Of a stretch of 64,000 nt of DNA, positions 45,568 to 55,925 are shown piece after piece. A program made the translations under genes and the position numbers. The DNA lies in the NCBI GenBank assembly GCA_023267655.1, contig JAHFMV010000001.1, positions 95,954-159,953 of the forward strand. Reading direction: 5' to 3'. The DNA comes from Candidatus Kaiserbacteria bacterium (GTDB lineage Bacteria > Patescibacteriota > Minisyncoccia > Phycocordibacterales > UBA2100). Below the pieces are notes generated by a model. It was not told where the DNA came from and made no database searches. It saw only the letters and a program-made list of their open reading frames with translations. Position 1 is the stretch's first letter. Each line of letters begins with the position of its first letter.

Positions 45568-47667
45568 TTATGCGTTTATGGCAAGAATTTTTTCGAGTTC
45601 TGCGATTGAGACCGGTTTCGTGAGATGGAAATCAAATCCGGCTTCAATCGCGCGTTGTTTGTCGTCGTCTTGACCGTAGCCGGTGAGTGCGACGAGGATG
45701 GGTTGCGGATTTAAATAGTGGCGCAACTTGCGTGCAATGTCATAGCCGCTCTCTCCGGGGAGCCCGATATCAAGGAAGATGATGTCGGGACGGAACTCGC
45801 CGAGTTCTTTGAAGGCGCTTAATGCGTCGTGTGCAATGCGCGCGTGGTGGCCGGAATGATTGAGGAGTTGCGCAATTGCTCGTGCGGCGTCCTCGTTATC
45901 ATCGACGATGAGTATTGAGCGCTTACTCTTTTTTGGAAGATTCCACATGTGCTGCGGTGGTGCTGGGGCTTGAGGTTGCGGCGGCGGCCGCGCAGCGGCC
46001 GCCGCTCGGCCACGTGCCTCGGTAAGGAGCATGTCCGTCACCGTCGGCAACCACACGACGAATTCGCTCCCGGCTCCCTCACCGTCACTTTTTGCCTCGA
46101 TAGTGCCGCCGTGCAATTCGATAAATCGCTTGGAAAGTGAAAGTCCGATGCCGAGGCCGGAGGTGCCACTCTCGCCCGCGTGAACTTGCCGGAATGGTTC
46201 AAAAATCGCGATTAGCATATCTTTCGGAAGCCCAATGCCATTGTCGCGAATGGCGACTTGGACGCCATTATGCAACCGCATCGCCAACAACATGATCGTG
46301 CCACCGGGATTTGTGTATTTTGCTGCGTTATTTAATAAGTTGACGAACACTTGTTCGAGACGTAGTGGATCTGCATCAACCCAGATGGCATCCGATGGCA
46401 CGTTCATCGTGAGCGTATGATTTCTCTTCCTGATACTGTCGCGCGCCGTCGTCGCGGAATGCATGAGGACATCTTGCAGTCGCACGCGCGAGATCTGAAG
46501 CGTGAATTTCTTGCGCGAAATACGCGTCATGTCGAGGAGGTCATCCAGAAGACGCGTCATGCGCGCGACCTGTTCATACATGGTATTGAAAAGCGGTTTG
46601 AATTCATGACCGTCCGCGACTTTGAGGCGCAGTAATTCGAGCGAGCTTACGACGGGTGCGAGAGGATTGCGCAACTCGTGCGAAAGGATTGCGATAAATT
46701 CATTTTTCGCTTTGTCATCTTCCGAGATTTGTTCAAAATCTTCTTCCAACTCAACGACGTGTTCTTTCAGGCTGTCCGTCGCTTTTTTGCGTTCTTCCAC
46801 GGTTGTGGTGAATAGGAGGGAAATCATCGCAACGGTCGCGAGGAAGATCTGGAGATAGAGAATTTCGTTGATGCCGGTCGATCCTGAAAAAGGCCCGAGA
46901 CCCATGAATGTCCCGGAAATGGCAAGTGTCGCGACAGTCGCGACACCGATCGTCATAAAGCGTGGACCAACGCGCAGCGCCCCCCACGTCAGCGGGATGA
47001 AAATAAGATAGGGTGAGGTGAAATCTTGTATACCCGGAATCGGATCCCAGAACACGAGGATGCACGTGAAAATAAGCGCGCAAAAAAAGGCAACATTTTC
47101 GACCCACTGTGCGAGCGAACGTCGAACCATGTAAATCGGCCGTGCAAACCATTTGAGAAGGAATGGCCCAATGATGAGGGCGCCGATCACATCGCCGATC
47201 CACCACGTGAGCGACGTGATAGGGAGGTCAGCCGCGCGCAGCGTGCCGGCGATGCCGAGCATGACGGGGCCGATGACGGCGCTCACAAACGGTGTCGCAA
47301 CCGCAACGGCAATAAAACCGATACTGTCTCTCAAGCGATCAAAAATCGGCCGGAATCCCAAACTGCGCAAAAGGTACACACCGAGGAGTGCCTCGATCGA
47401 ATTTCCAAGCCCGATACCGGCAGCGGCTATGACGGGAGCGCCGAAAACAATGTTGACAATAAACGCCGCGACACCGATCGCGGGCAAAAGGCGAAAGCCT
47501 CCGAAGTAGATCGCGGCGAGCGCAATGCCGGTCGGTGGCCAAATCGGTGCGGCAAAGGTGTTGACCGACGCAAGGCTTAGTCCCCAATATGCCGAGAAAT
47601 AATACGCACAAAACACGACTGCAAGCTGCAGCGCATAGGTCAAATAGAAGACCGGAGAGTTTTTCAT
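45568..47667 (-). CDS. Hybrid histidine kinase (MASE1 plus HisKA/HATPase plus receiver)
   Basis: IWPPTGIALA and WWIGD MASE1 motifs, SHELRNPL, NAAKYT, receiver DDN..DIGLP..KP. Confidence 0.92.
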   Translation of the reverse strand: MKNSPVFYLTYALQLAVVFCAYYFSAYWGLSLASVNTFAAPIWPPTGIALAAIYFGGFRLLPAIGVAAFIVNIVFGAPVIAAAGIGLGNSIEALLGVYLLRSLGFRPIFDRLRDSIGFIAVAVATPFVSAVIGPVMLGIAGTLRAADLPITSLTWWIGDVIGALIIGPFLLKWFARPIYMVRRSLAQWVENVAFFCALIFTCILVFWDPIPGIQDFTSPYLIFIPLTWGALRVGPRFMTIGVATVATLAISGTFMGLGPFSGSTGINEILYLQIFLATVAMISLLFTTTVEERKKATDSLKEHVVELEEDFEQISEDDKAKNEFIAILSHELRNPLAPVVSSLELLRLKVADGHEFKPLFNTMYEQVARMTRLLDDLLDMTRISRKKFTLQISRVRLQDVLMHSATTARDSIRKRNHTLTMNVPSDAIWVDADPLRLEQVFVNLLNNAAKYTNPGGTIMLLAMRLHNGVQVAIRDNGIGLPKDMLIAIFEPFRQVHAGESGTSGLGIGLSLSKRFIELHGGTIEAKSDGEGAGSEFVVWLPTVTDMLLTEARGRAAAAARPPPQPQAPAPPQHMWNLPKKSKRSILIVDDNEDAARAIAQLLNHSGHHARIAHDALSAFKELGEFRPDIIFLDIGLPGESGYDIARKLRHYLNPQPILVALTGYGQDDDKQRAIEAGFDFHLTKPVSIAELEKILAINA

Positions 47668-47762
47668 CGCGAGACGGCGTAGCCCTCCCCAAGGCTCCCG
47701 TCTCTTCATTCTACCGCAATTCCGCTCCTGCGGGACAGGCGGTTTTGTGTAATAATGTCCGC

Positions 47763-48356
47763 ATGGTAATTGGCAAGCAAGATCACTTGGCGGTGCGCAC
47801 GCACGAAAAGATGGTTGAGGTTTTGAAAAATCCGGACGCACCAGGACCGGAAGTGCACTACTACATGATTCGAGGTGGTAGTGACATGCGCAATGTCACG
47901 GTGTGGGAGCCGGGAAAAGTCGGCGACGAATACATCAAAACCTACGGCCACTACCACATAGGACAACTCGATGAGACGTACTGGTTTTTGCTCGGAAGTG
48001 GTGTCGCGCTGCAGCAAAAATTAGTTGAGATCGATGGCGTACCGCAACCGGATCGCGTCGCGGAATTCAAAGCAGTGCCGGTCAAAAGTGGCGACTCGTT
48101 GTATATGCCGCCCGGGTATGGGCATCTTGTGGCGAATGTAGGGACTACCTACATGGTTACCGCCGATGACTCACCGGTTGATTTTGGTGACAAAGACCCC
48201 GTTTCGATGCCCGGGCACGCCGACTACGAAATGGTGAAAAAAATGCGCGGCTTTGCGTATTATGTGATCGAGCACAACGGCGCTCCCGCGCTCGTCAAAA
48301 ATCCACTCTACACAGAAATTCAAAAAGAAGATTTCGGCGGATTGCCCGTCATGTGA
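47763..48356 (+). CDS. Cupin-type (archaeal-like) glucose-6-phosphate isomerase
   Basis: EYIKTYGHYH...E.Y..L.G.G...PPGYGH..AN cupin PGI motif. Confidence 0.8.
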   Translation: MVIGKQDHLAVRTHEKMVEVLKNPDAPGPEVHYYMIRGGSDMRNVTVWEPGKVGDEYIKTYGHYHIGQLDETYWFLLGSGVALQQKLVEIDGVPQPDRVAEFKAVPVKSGDSLYMPPGYGHLVANVGTTYMVTADDSPVDFGDKDPVSMPGHADYEMVKKMRGFAYYVIEHNGAPALVKNPLYTEIQKEDFGGLPVM

Positions 48357-49156
48357 TGTGCTGCTAGGAATGTGTCGATCGCCGCACAGAGCTGCGGTAT
48401 GTAGTTATGCACCAAAATATGATCGGCGCCCTCAATCGCAACGAGTTGCGCGTGCGGTAGTATGGTCCGAATTATTTCTGAGTTTTCAAAGGGGAAGTAA
48501 CCGTCGCGCGTGCCGTGGATCAACAAAAGTGGCATCTGTAACATCAAAAGTTTGTTGCGGACGTCGAGGCCGAGCATGTTGAACGCTGCATAGCAATACA
48601 TGCGGAAGCCGGTGGTGCGCAGATCGCGCGAAATTGCAACGATGTCGTATTCGCTGCGCTGCTGATATCGCACATAATCCACGCGCCCACCACGAGGCAT
48701 CGGTAGCGGAAAATACTGGAGTACAGGAGAAAGCGCAAGTGCAATCTTCAATACACGCTCCGCGAATCGGCGTCCCGTCTGGACCGCGGGGCTGATGAGA
48801 ACGCACGCAGACGCCACTTGAGAGTTGCGCGCCACATATTCAATGGCAAAGAGCGTCGCAAACGAATGTGCGATCAGGACGCACGTCGTGATGTTGCAGT
48901 GCCGTAAGAGGCGATCGAGATCTTCGATGTAAGAGGAAAGTGCATAATCTCGCAGATGCGGAGGGCGTTGTGACAAGCCATGTCCGCGGATATCGTACGT
49001 AAGGATGTTGTACGAGAGTTCAAAATGTTTTTCATACAATGCCCAAGCCGACGAACTGCCCGAGAGCCCGTGGATAAAGACGAGTGTCGGACGGGCGGGC
49101 TTGAACGCATTCGTGCGGTATGCGATTCCGCGCTCTTCAAAGAAATGTTCGTTCAT
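48320..49156 (-). CDS. Alpha/beta hydrolase
   Basis: FIHGLSG, DIRGHG, AHSFA nucleophile elbow, HGTRD, GADH. Confidence 0.88.
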   Translation of the reverse strand: MNEHFFEERGIAYRTNAFKPARPTLVFIHGLSGSSSAWALYEKHFELSYNILTYDIRGHGLSQRPPHLRDYALSSYIEDLDRLLRHCNITTCVLIAHSFATLFAIEYVARNSQVASACVLISPAVQTGRRFAERVLKIALALSPVLQYFPLPMPRGGRVDYVRYQQRSEYDIVAISRDLRTTGFRMYCYAAFNMLGLDVRNKLLMLQMPLLLIHGTRDGYFPFENSEIIRTILPHAQLVAIEGADHILVHNYIPQLCAAIDTFLAAHHMTGNPPKSSF

Positions 49157-50322
49157 GATAGGACTCGGTAATACACTTCTTCGATTCTCTCGACGCTTCG
49201 GTTAATGTCATAGTTTTTTATTTTCTCGAGATTCGCCTCTTTCATAGATTTGAGAAGCACGGGATCGCGTAGGATACGAATTGCTTCTGCTGCTAAGTGT
49301 TTGTGATCGCCCGGGCGAAAGAGCGCGCCATTACCGTCAACGAAGTGTTTTGCCGCGCTCTCTGGTGAGTCGGCAACCAGGATGGGCGCTCCGACCGACA
49401 TGGCCTCCAAAACTGCCATTCCTTCCAACTCCGCAAGAGACGGCATAACAAATAGATCCGCAGCGCTGTACGCTTGAATGAGATCATCATCGTCTACGCG
49501 GCCAGTCATGGTGACCTTGTCCGTAACCCCGAGATTTTTAGCCAGTTTTGCAAGGGCCGTCTCCATGTGGCCGAAGCCGACGATAATGAGATGCACGTTA
49601 AGGTTACTCTGGAGCATCAGAGGGATTGCGCGTATGAGTGTCGAGATACTTTTTTCAGGATGGATGCGCCCGACGAACACGATGTACTGACGACCGGGCG
49701 GAATGTTGTATTTTGCAAAAAATGGCGCGGGATTGCGTCGGCTAAAATACGCGGCATCAACGCCGTTACTGATCACGTGCGTTTCCGAAAGCATGAGCGT
49801 TGAGAATTTCAGCCGCGAAAACTCCGACGGATGGATGATTGCCTCCGCTCGCCGGTAGATCCAATGCAGGTACCGGTAAAAAATACCACTGATCGTTTTG
49901 ATTGGCAGGAATTTCGGCAGATGTAAGAAGAGATTATCAGGTTGTGTGTGGGAATGTGCGACGACAGGAATGGAGAGCTTTTCAGCGACGCGTGTTGCCG
50001 TGATGGCAGAAATGGTCGGAATGATGGAATGCACAATATCTATTTTCTCGTCGGTAAATATATCCTCCAGCTGGCGTCGTGACGGGAATCCCAGATACAC
50101 CTGACTCTCTGATTTCGGAATAGGGATCGAGGCAAAGCGATATACTCGCATGCCGTTATACTCGCCGTCCACCGGATTCATCGGTGATCGCGCCGCGATA
50201 AAAATAATCGTGTGTCCACGTTCTTTGAGAAGGTTTGAAAACCGTCGCGTCGAAATAAATGAACCTGCGAGACAGTCGGTGATAGAGTCGCAGATCATTG
50301 CGATGCGCAGTGGACGTTGCAT
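49153..50322 (-). CDS. GT4 glycosyltransferase (glycolipid synthase-like)
   Basis: HSHTQ, SNGVD, VGRIHPEK, ELEGMAVLEAM. Confidence 0.9.
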   Translation of the reverse strand: MQRPLRIAMICDSITDCLAGSFISTRRFSNLLKERGHTIIFIAARSPMNPVDGEYNGMRVYRFASIPIPKSESQVYLGFPSRRQLEDIFTDEKIDIVHSIIPTISAITATRVAEKLSIPVVAHSHTQPDNLFLHLPKFLPIKTISGIFYRYLHWIYRRAEAIIHPSEFSRLKFSTLMLSETHVISNGVDAAYFSRRNPAPFFAKYNIPPGRQYIVFVGRIHPEKSISTLIRAIPLMLQSNLNVHLIIVGFGHMETALAKLAKNLGVTDKVTMTGRVDDDDLIQAYSAADLFVMPSLAELEGMAVLEAMSVGAPILVADSPESAAKHFVDGNGALFRPGDHKHLAAEAIRILRDPVLLKSMKEANLEKIKNYDINRSVERIEEVYYRVLS

Positions 50323-50328
50323 GGCGGA

Positions 50329-50904
50329 TTATTGCGCAGGCTGCGATTTTAGCCGATAGATGGCATAGAAAAGACCGGCTGTCAGCGCTCCAACACTAAC
50401 CGCAGCCGCAAAATAACTCAAGTACTGGCCGATAAGAATGTACGCGTGGCCAAAGAGGATGCCTATCATAAGGAGCGCGAACGCCTGTGCTGCGGAGACC
50501 AGAAAACAAGTTCGTACAAAACGCGCATACGGCACGTGCAAGCTTCCCGCCGCAATGAGTCCCGTCATACCGATACCGTGAATCAGTTTGGACGCCATAA
50601 CAGCACGATGGTGATTTTCGTGGAAGAACTTTTTTGCAACTTCGATGCGCTCGGGGGTGAGCGCAATATACTTCCCGAAGCGATGTACAAGCTTGCTTCC
50701 GTAACGTCCGATCGCGTAGCAGCCGCTATCGCCGACGGCATCCCCCGCGACAACCACGAGGTATATCAAGACGGGGTTAAGAAGGCCGAGCGATACGAGA
50801 AACCCGCCGATCACCGTAAGTATCGGCCCCTCGATTATGGCAAAAGGAAAAATGACCAGATAGCCATATAGAGAAACGAGGTGCGCGAGTTGGTCAGGGG
50901 TCAT
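50329..50904 (-). CDS. DedA/VTT family membrane protein
   Basis: IIEGP..GGFL..G, GDSGCYAIGR, MASKLIHG. Confidence 0.85.
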   Translation of the reverse strand: MTPDQLAHLVSLYGYLVIFPFAIIEGPILTVIGGFLVSLGLLNPVLIYLVVVAGDAVGDSGCYAIGRYGSKLVHRFGKYIALTPERIEVAKKFFHENHHRAVMASKLIHGIGMTGLIAAGSLHVPYARFVRTCFLVSAAQAFALLMIGILFGHAYILIGQYLSYFAAAVSVGALTAGLFYAIYRLKSQPAQ

Positions 50905-51000
50905 GGATAGCACTAGTATATACGTATTTGAGCCCTTTTCGGATGCATATTCGATCTCCATGCTACGATATATGCAAATTCCGCATGCGGATTTTGGAAT

Positions 51001-52245
51001 ATGACTGTACACAAGAAATTTCCAGACGGATTTTTTTGGGGAGCCGCAACATCCTCCTTTCAAACCGAAGGCGGGATTGAAAATATGGATTGGGCGCAGG
51101 CTGCGCGGGATGGTCTTGTCCCGCCGATTGGCCTCGCGTGTGATCATTACCATCGCTTCGAAGCAGATTTTGATATCGCGAAAAGTCTCGGGCACAACTC
51201 GCATAGGCTTTCTATCGAATGGGCGCGGATCGAACCACAAGAGGGGAAATTCGACGAGAAAGAAATTGAACACTATCGGGCAGTCTTGCGCGCGCTCCGC
51301 GCGCGCGGCCTCGAGCCCTTTGTCACGCTGTGGCACTTCACGCTCCCTTTGTGGTTTTCACAGAGCGGAGGATTCGAACGCACGGATGCGCCTGAAGTCT
51401 TTGCGCGGTATTGCGCGTACGTTGTCGAGCAGTTAGGCGATTTGTGCACGCACTATTCAACGATCAATGAGGCGCTCCCGTATACGTCAAATGGGTGGAG
51501 GCGCGGCACGTGGCCGCCGTTCAAAAAGTGGCCATTTATCGACCGCATCAATCTGCCAGCGTCGTACCGCAACCTTGCGGAAGGAAAAACCGAGAGGAGT
51601 TGGAAAAATATTGCTGCATATTTCCGCGTGCTCCGCTCTCTTGCTCGCGCGCACAACGCTGCGTACGACGGCATAAAAAAAGTGCGACCGGAGTCGGAAG
51701 TTGGCATCGTCCATCACATCGTCCTCTTTGAAGCGAATGGGAATCCGTTCAATATACTGCTCGCATGGTTTGCAAATTGGCATTGGACGTATCATTTTCT
51801 CGCGAAAGTCGAGGAAAAATGCGACGTCTTTGGTCTCAACTACTATCTCTACAAGAAATTCGGCGACATACACGTGTACGAAAAGACCGATATGGATTGG
51901 GATTCATATCCGCAGGGGATTTGCAACGCGCTTCTGATGCTGAAGCGATACGGGAAGCCGGTCTATGTGAGCGAAGCAGGAATTGCGGATGCGGCGGATC
52001 GTATGCGCGCGGACTATATCAAACAGCTCGTGCGCTGCATGCATGCCGCAATCAAAAAGGGCGTCGATGTTCGCGGTTACATGTACTGGTCGCTTCTCGA
52101 TAACTACGAGCTTGCGCAAGGCTATACCAAACGCTTTGGGCTCGTGGAAGTGAATTTTGAGACGCAGGAGCGCAAGATCAGGCCGTCAGCGTACGTGTAT
52201 AAGCAGATCATTGAGGCAAATGCGCTGGTAGACCCCGTTAGATAG
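51001..52245 (+). CDS. Glycoside hydrolase family 1
   Basis: FPDGFFWGAATSSFQ.EG, RLSIEWARIEP, TINEA, YVSEAG, YWSLLDNYE. Confidence 0.93.
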   Translation: MTVHKKFPDGFFWGAATSSFQTEGGIENMDWAQAARDGLVPPIGLACDHYHRFEADFDIAKSLGHNSHRLSIEWARIEPQEGKFDEKEIEHYRAVLRALRARGLEPFVTLWHFTLPLWFSQSGGFERTDAPEVFARYCAYVVEQLGDLCTHYSTINEALPYTSNGWRRGTWPPFKKWPFIDRINLPASYRNLAEGKTERSWKNIAAYFRVLRSLARAHNAAYDGIKKVRPESEVGIVHHIVLFEANGNPFNILLAWFANWHWTYHFLAKVEEKCDVFGLNYYLYKKFGDIHVYEKTDMDWDSYPQGICNALLMLKRYGKPVYVSEAGIADAADRMRADYIKQLVRCMHAAIKKGVDVRGYMYWSLLDNYELAQGYTKRFGLVEVNFETQERKIRPSAYVYKQIIEANALVDPVR

Positions 52246-52330
52246 AAGCGTCGACACGGCAAACTAATGTTTATTCACCTGTACACATCATTACAGTCAC
52301 GACATTTGTTAGGCTATCTAACGGGGTAGA
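52228..52330. mobile_element. CCCGTTAGA...TCTAACGGG MITE-like element with 5-bp direct repeats
   Basis: gtaga-c-cccgttagatag ... ctatctaacggg-gtaga. Confidence 0.75.
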
Positions 52331-52338
52331 ATGAGGTA

Positions 52339-53232
52339 ATGACCACGTGGGTACTACTTGCGATCTGCGCGCAGGCGATTGCGGCTGTGGTGACGTATGT
52401 CGATCGTCATGTCCTTACGCACGGAAAGGGAATCGGAAAACCGATCGCGTATGCGTTTTATGTCGCGCTCCTCTCGGGCTTTGTCGTTGTATTGCTTCCG
52501 TTTGGCGTCGTCGATGCACCCAGCCTCCTCGTTCTTGAACTTTCGACCATAAATGCGGTTGCATTCGTCACATCACTCTACTTTTTATATTCGGCGCTCA
52601 AAGAAGGGCACGCATCGGATGTCATGCCGGTCGTGGCAGCTGTCTCCGCGATCGCATCGTTCGTGTTTGCGAGCCAGTGGCTCGAAGAACACTTGCCGCC
52701 GTATTTTCTGCTCGCGGCGCTCCTTTTCGTCGCCGGCACATTTCTCATCTCGCGCTACCGTTTTACCCGTCGGCAACTCTTGTTTGTGGTCGCCGCCGGG
52801 TTCCTTTTCGGTGTGACTGCATTCACATTCAAACTTGTATTTGATCACACGACATTTGTAAACGGATTCTTTTGGACACGCATGTTTGATGTCGCTATCG
52901 CAGGCGTTTTGTTCCTCATCCCTTCAGTTCGCGCGCAGATACTCCATGGTTCCAAGCAATCCAGCCATGGCACGAAATGGCTTGTCGTTGGTAATAAAGT
53001 GCTTGCGGGAGCTGCGGCGATACTCACGCAATTGGCGATCTCGAAGGGGAGCGTCTCGATCGTGAATGCGATGTCAGGTCTCCAATTTGCGTTTCTGCTC
53101 ATCATCGCTTTTTTGTTTGCGTCCTACTTTCCTCAAGCGCTGCGCGGCGAAATTGAGCACGCGGGTATACGTCACAAGATTTTTGGCATCGCCCTCATCG
53201 TCCTCGGCATGGCGGCGCTGTATATCGCATGA
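52339..53232 (+). CDS. EamA/DMT-family transporter
   Basis: About 10 TM helices in two repeats; GSVSIVNAM. Confidence 0.8.
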   Translation: MTTWVLLAICAQAIAAVVTYVDRHVLTHGKGIGKPIAYAFYVALLSGFVVVLLPFGVVDAPSLLVLELSTINAVAFVTSLYFLYSALKEGHASDVMPVVAAVSAIASFVFASQWLEEHLPPYFLLAALLFVAGTFLISRYRFTRRQLLFVVAAGFLFGVTAFTFKLVFDHTTFVNGFFWTRMFDVAIAGVLFLIPSVRAQILHGSKQSSHGTKWLVVGNKVLAGAAAILTQLAISKGSVSIVNAMSGLQFAFLLIIAFLFASYFPQALRGEIEHAGIRHKIFGIALIVLGMAALYIA

Positions 53233-54212
53233 ACATTCTAAAAAGAATCTGTATCGGAGTCCTTGCCATTGTTGCAGTGATATTTATACTTTCGCTACGT
53301 ACAATCCCTTCGCACATCGAGTACGGTGTCTCGTTCAGTAAACTACACTCTGACGAACTCGGCCTGGATTGGAAGGCAACCTATCTTGCGATCCTTAATG
53401 ACCTCAAAGTAAAGCGACTGCGGCTCAGTGCGCATTGGCCGATGGTTGAGCCGGAGGCAGGTGTTTTTCATTTCAGTGAGCTTGATTTCCAAATGCGCGA
53501 AGCCGCAGCGCATAACGCGAAGGTGATCCTTGCCGTAGGCCGCAAGACCCCAGGGTGGCCGGAATGCCACACGCCGGATTGGGCCGCAAGCTTCTCAGAA
53601 GAGAAAGAGCACGCGGCGCGACTGGAATACATTACTGCGGTCGTGAATCGGTATAAAAATTCTCCCGCGCTCGATATGTGGCAAGTCGAGAACGAGCCGT
53701 TTTTAAATTACGCACGCACGATCTGCGGGCAGCCGGATGAGGGATTTTTTGCCGATGAGATAGCTCTGGTAAAAAAGATTGACTCAAAGCACAAAATACT
53801 GGTCACCGATGGCGGTGAATTCGGCACCTGGTACAAAGCTCGCTCGTATGGCGACGTATTTGGCTCGACGATGTATCTGTATGTGTATTCATCGCATATC
53901 GGCTACTGGAGATATCCAATCGGCGGGTGGTTCTTCCGCGCAAAGCAAAATCTATTCGATCTTTTCACGCGCAAGCCGTCGATTTCCATCGAAGTCGGCG
54001 CCGAGCCGTGGCTCAATACGGCAATCGCGGGGACGTCGATCGACGAACAATTGCAGCATATGAACATGGATCGTTTCGGAGACATTCTCTCGGTCGCGCA
54101 AACGAGCGGATTCGCCGAACACTACCTCTGGGGAGCCGAATGGTGGTATTACATGACAAAACACGGCCATTCTGAATTTTGGAACAGCGCGAAAGAGTTA
54201 TTCGGGCACTAA
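53229..54212 (+). CDS. Clan GH-A glycoside hydrolase (GH5/GH42-like), membrane-anchored
   Basis: WPMVEP..G.F.FSELD, WQVENEP acid/base motif, EVGAEPW. Confidence 0.8.
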   Translation: MNILKRICIGVLAIVAVIFILSLRTIPSHIEYGVSFSKLHSDELGLDWKATYLAILNDLKVKRLRLSAHWPMVEPEAGVFHFSELDFQMREAAAHNAKVILAVGRKTPGWPECHTPDWAASFSEEKEHAARLEYITAVVNRYKNSPALDMWQVENEPFLNYARTICGQPDEGFFADEIALVKKIDSKHKILVTDGGEFGTWYKARSYGDVFGSTMYLYVYSSHIGYWRYPIGGWFFRAKQNLFDLFTRKPSISIEVGAEPWLNTAIAGTSIDEQLQHMNMDRFGDILSVAQTSGFAEHYLWGAEWWYYMTKHGHSEFWNSAKELFGH

Positions 54213-54214
54213 TA

Positions 54215-54263
54215 ATGACATAAGTCCGACTTCCCTCAATGAAGTAAGTCGGACTTATGTCAT
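54215..54263. repeat. REP doublet upstream of the RAYT
   Basis: atgacataagtccgactt ... aagtcggacttatgtcat, 18-bp IR. Confidence 0.9.
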
Positions 54264-54272
54264 ACTACTCGC

Positions 54273-54977
54273 ATGCGCGTCGAACCTCACGAGATAGATG
54301 CGATCTTGCATGTCGTAAAACGCGGCGCACGGGGCATGGAGATTGTTCGGGATGAAGCAGATCGTCGTCGCTTCGCCGGGCTACTCTTTACACTCAACGA
54401 TGAATATACCGACAGTAACCGTATTCGGAGTACAAGCACATTGCAGATGTTTGAGCGTCCGAATTCGTGGCCGGAGCCGCAACCAATAACGCAGATTCTC
54501 GCATGGACGCTTATGCCTAATCATTTCCACCTTGTCGTAAAAGAGACTCAAGAAGGCGGTATCGCGACTTTCATGCAGAGGCTGTGCGGGAGTATGTCGG
54601 TTGGCTTTAACGCGAAGTACAATGAACAGGGGAGTATTTTTCAGGGCGGATATCGGGGGAAAGTTGTTGATGATGACAACTATCTTCGATACTTGATATT
54701 TTATGTGTTGGTAAAAAACGTAATGGAACTGTATCCCGGTGGGCTTCGCGTCGCAATCCGCGAGTTTGACCGCGCATGGCAATGGGCGCTCGCGTATCCG
54801 TACTCGAGTTTGCCTGTATATGCTCAAAATAAAACATCACCGATTGTTGACAGAACGCTCGCAGACGAGATGTGTAAAAGTGAAGCAGCATTTCGCAATG
54901 AGGCTAAGGAAATGTTGTCGATACACATGGAATCGCGAGCTGAAGATTTAAATGCAGTGTTGCTGGAAGAATGGTGA
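54273..54977 (+). mobile_element. REP-associated tyrosine (Y1/HUH) transposase
   Basis: HVVKRG, LMPNHFHL HUH motif, FNAKY..GSIFQG, YPYSS; flanked by REP palindromes. Confidence 0.88.
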
Positions 54978-55021
54978 AGTAAGTCCGACTTACGTCATGA
55001 CGTAAGTCGGACTTACTTCAC
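54974..55021. repeat. Perfect 48-bp palindrome (REP doublet) downstream of the RAYT
   Basis: gtgaagtaagtccgacttacgtca|tgacgtaagtcggacttacttcac. Confidence 0.92.
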
Positions 55022-55058
55022 GCTAAACTTTTTACTGATGTTAGTGCACAATAGGGAC

Positions 55059-55820
55059 ATGAACATTGTATTTGATATCGGTGGGACGAATATGCGCATA
55101 GCTACGGCGCAAGGCGCGACGCTTGGCGAAGTCAGAAAAGTACCAACACCGAAAGATCCGACCGAGGCGATCAATCTCTTCGTCACAACTGCCCGCGAGC
55201 TTAGCGGCGGAGCAATCGAAAAAATCGTCGGTGATGTACCGGGGAGCATTGATGCGGAAGGTCGTCTGTACGATATTGGTAATTTGCCGCACTGGCAGGG
55301 ACGGGAGATCGGGAAAGATCTTTCGCATGAGCTCGGCGCTCCGGCACATATATTTAACGACTGCATTCTGGTGGGCTTCGGTGAAGCGCGAGAGGGTGCC
55401 GGAAAAGGTTTTCCTGTCGTTGCGTATATCACCGTCTCAACGGGCGTCGGCGGCGCGAAGATCGATGGCAATGCTCTTTCTAAAAGCTCACTTCTTGCAG
55501 ATTTTGTAGATCTTAAGCGGCGTCTCAACGAAGAAATTTCCGGTAACGCCGTGAAGAAAAAATTCGGCATCGAGCCGAAAGCGCTTGCTTCTATTCCAGA
55601 GAGGAATAAACTTGCCGATATCCTGGCGGAAGGGCTTCGCGATGTGGCAGAAATGTGGAAGCCGGACGTATTCGTGCTCGGCGGCTCGATGATAGTTGGT
55701 GTGAATCCCATACCACTTGAGCGCGTGCGCGAAAAATTCAGTGCCGTGCCGGTAAAAATGGCTGCACTAAAAGACAATGGCGGCCTCATTGGTGCGGCAA
55801 TTCTTTTACAGCACCTGTGA
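55059..55820 (+). CDS. ROK-family sugar kinase
   Basis: FDIGGTN, FND, TVSTGVGG, LGGS, GLIGAA. Confidence 0.9.
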   Translation: MNIVFDIGGTNMRIATAQGATLGEVRKVPTPKDPTEAINLFVTTARELSGGAIEKIVGDVPGSIDAEGRLYDIGNLPHWQGREIGKDLSHELGAPAHIFNDCILVGFGEAREGAGKGFPVVAYITVSTGVGGAKIDGNALSKSSLLADFVDLKRRLNEEISGNAVKKKFGIEPKALASIPERNKLADILAEGLRDVAEMWKPDVFVLGGSMIVGVNPIPLERVREKFSAVPVKMAALKDNGGLIGAAILLQHL

Positions 55821-55925
55821 ATAGTAATTGCTCAGTGGTTAAATTCTCAATAGAGCCGCTTGTGGTTGTGCACTTTTAAACAGCACATGTCATCCAGCTT
55901 GACTGGTACGTGATACGCTTGGGCA

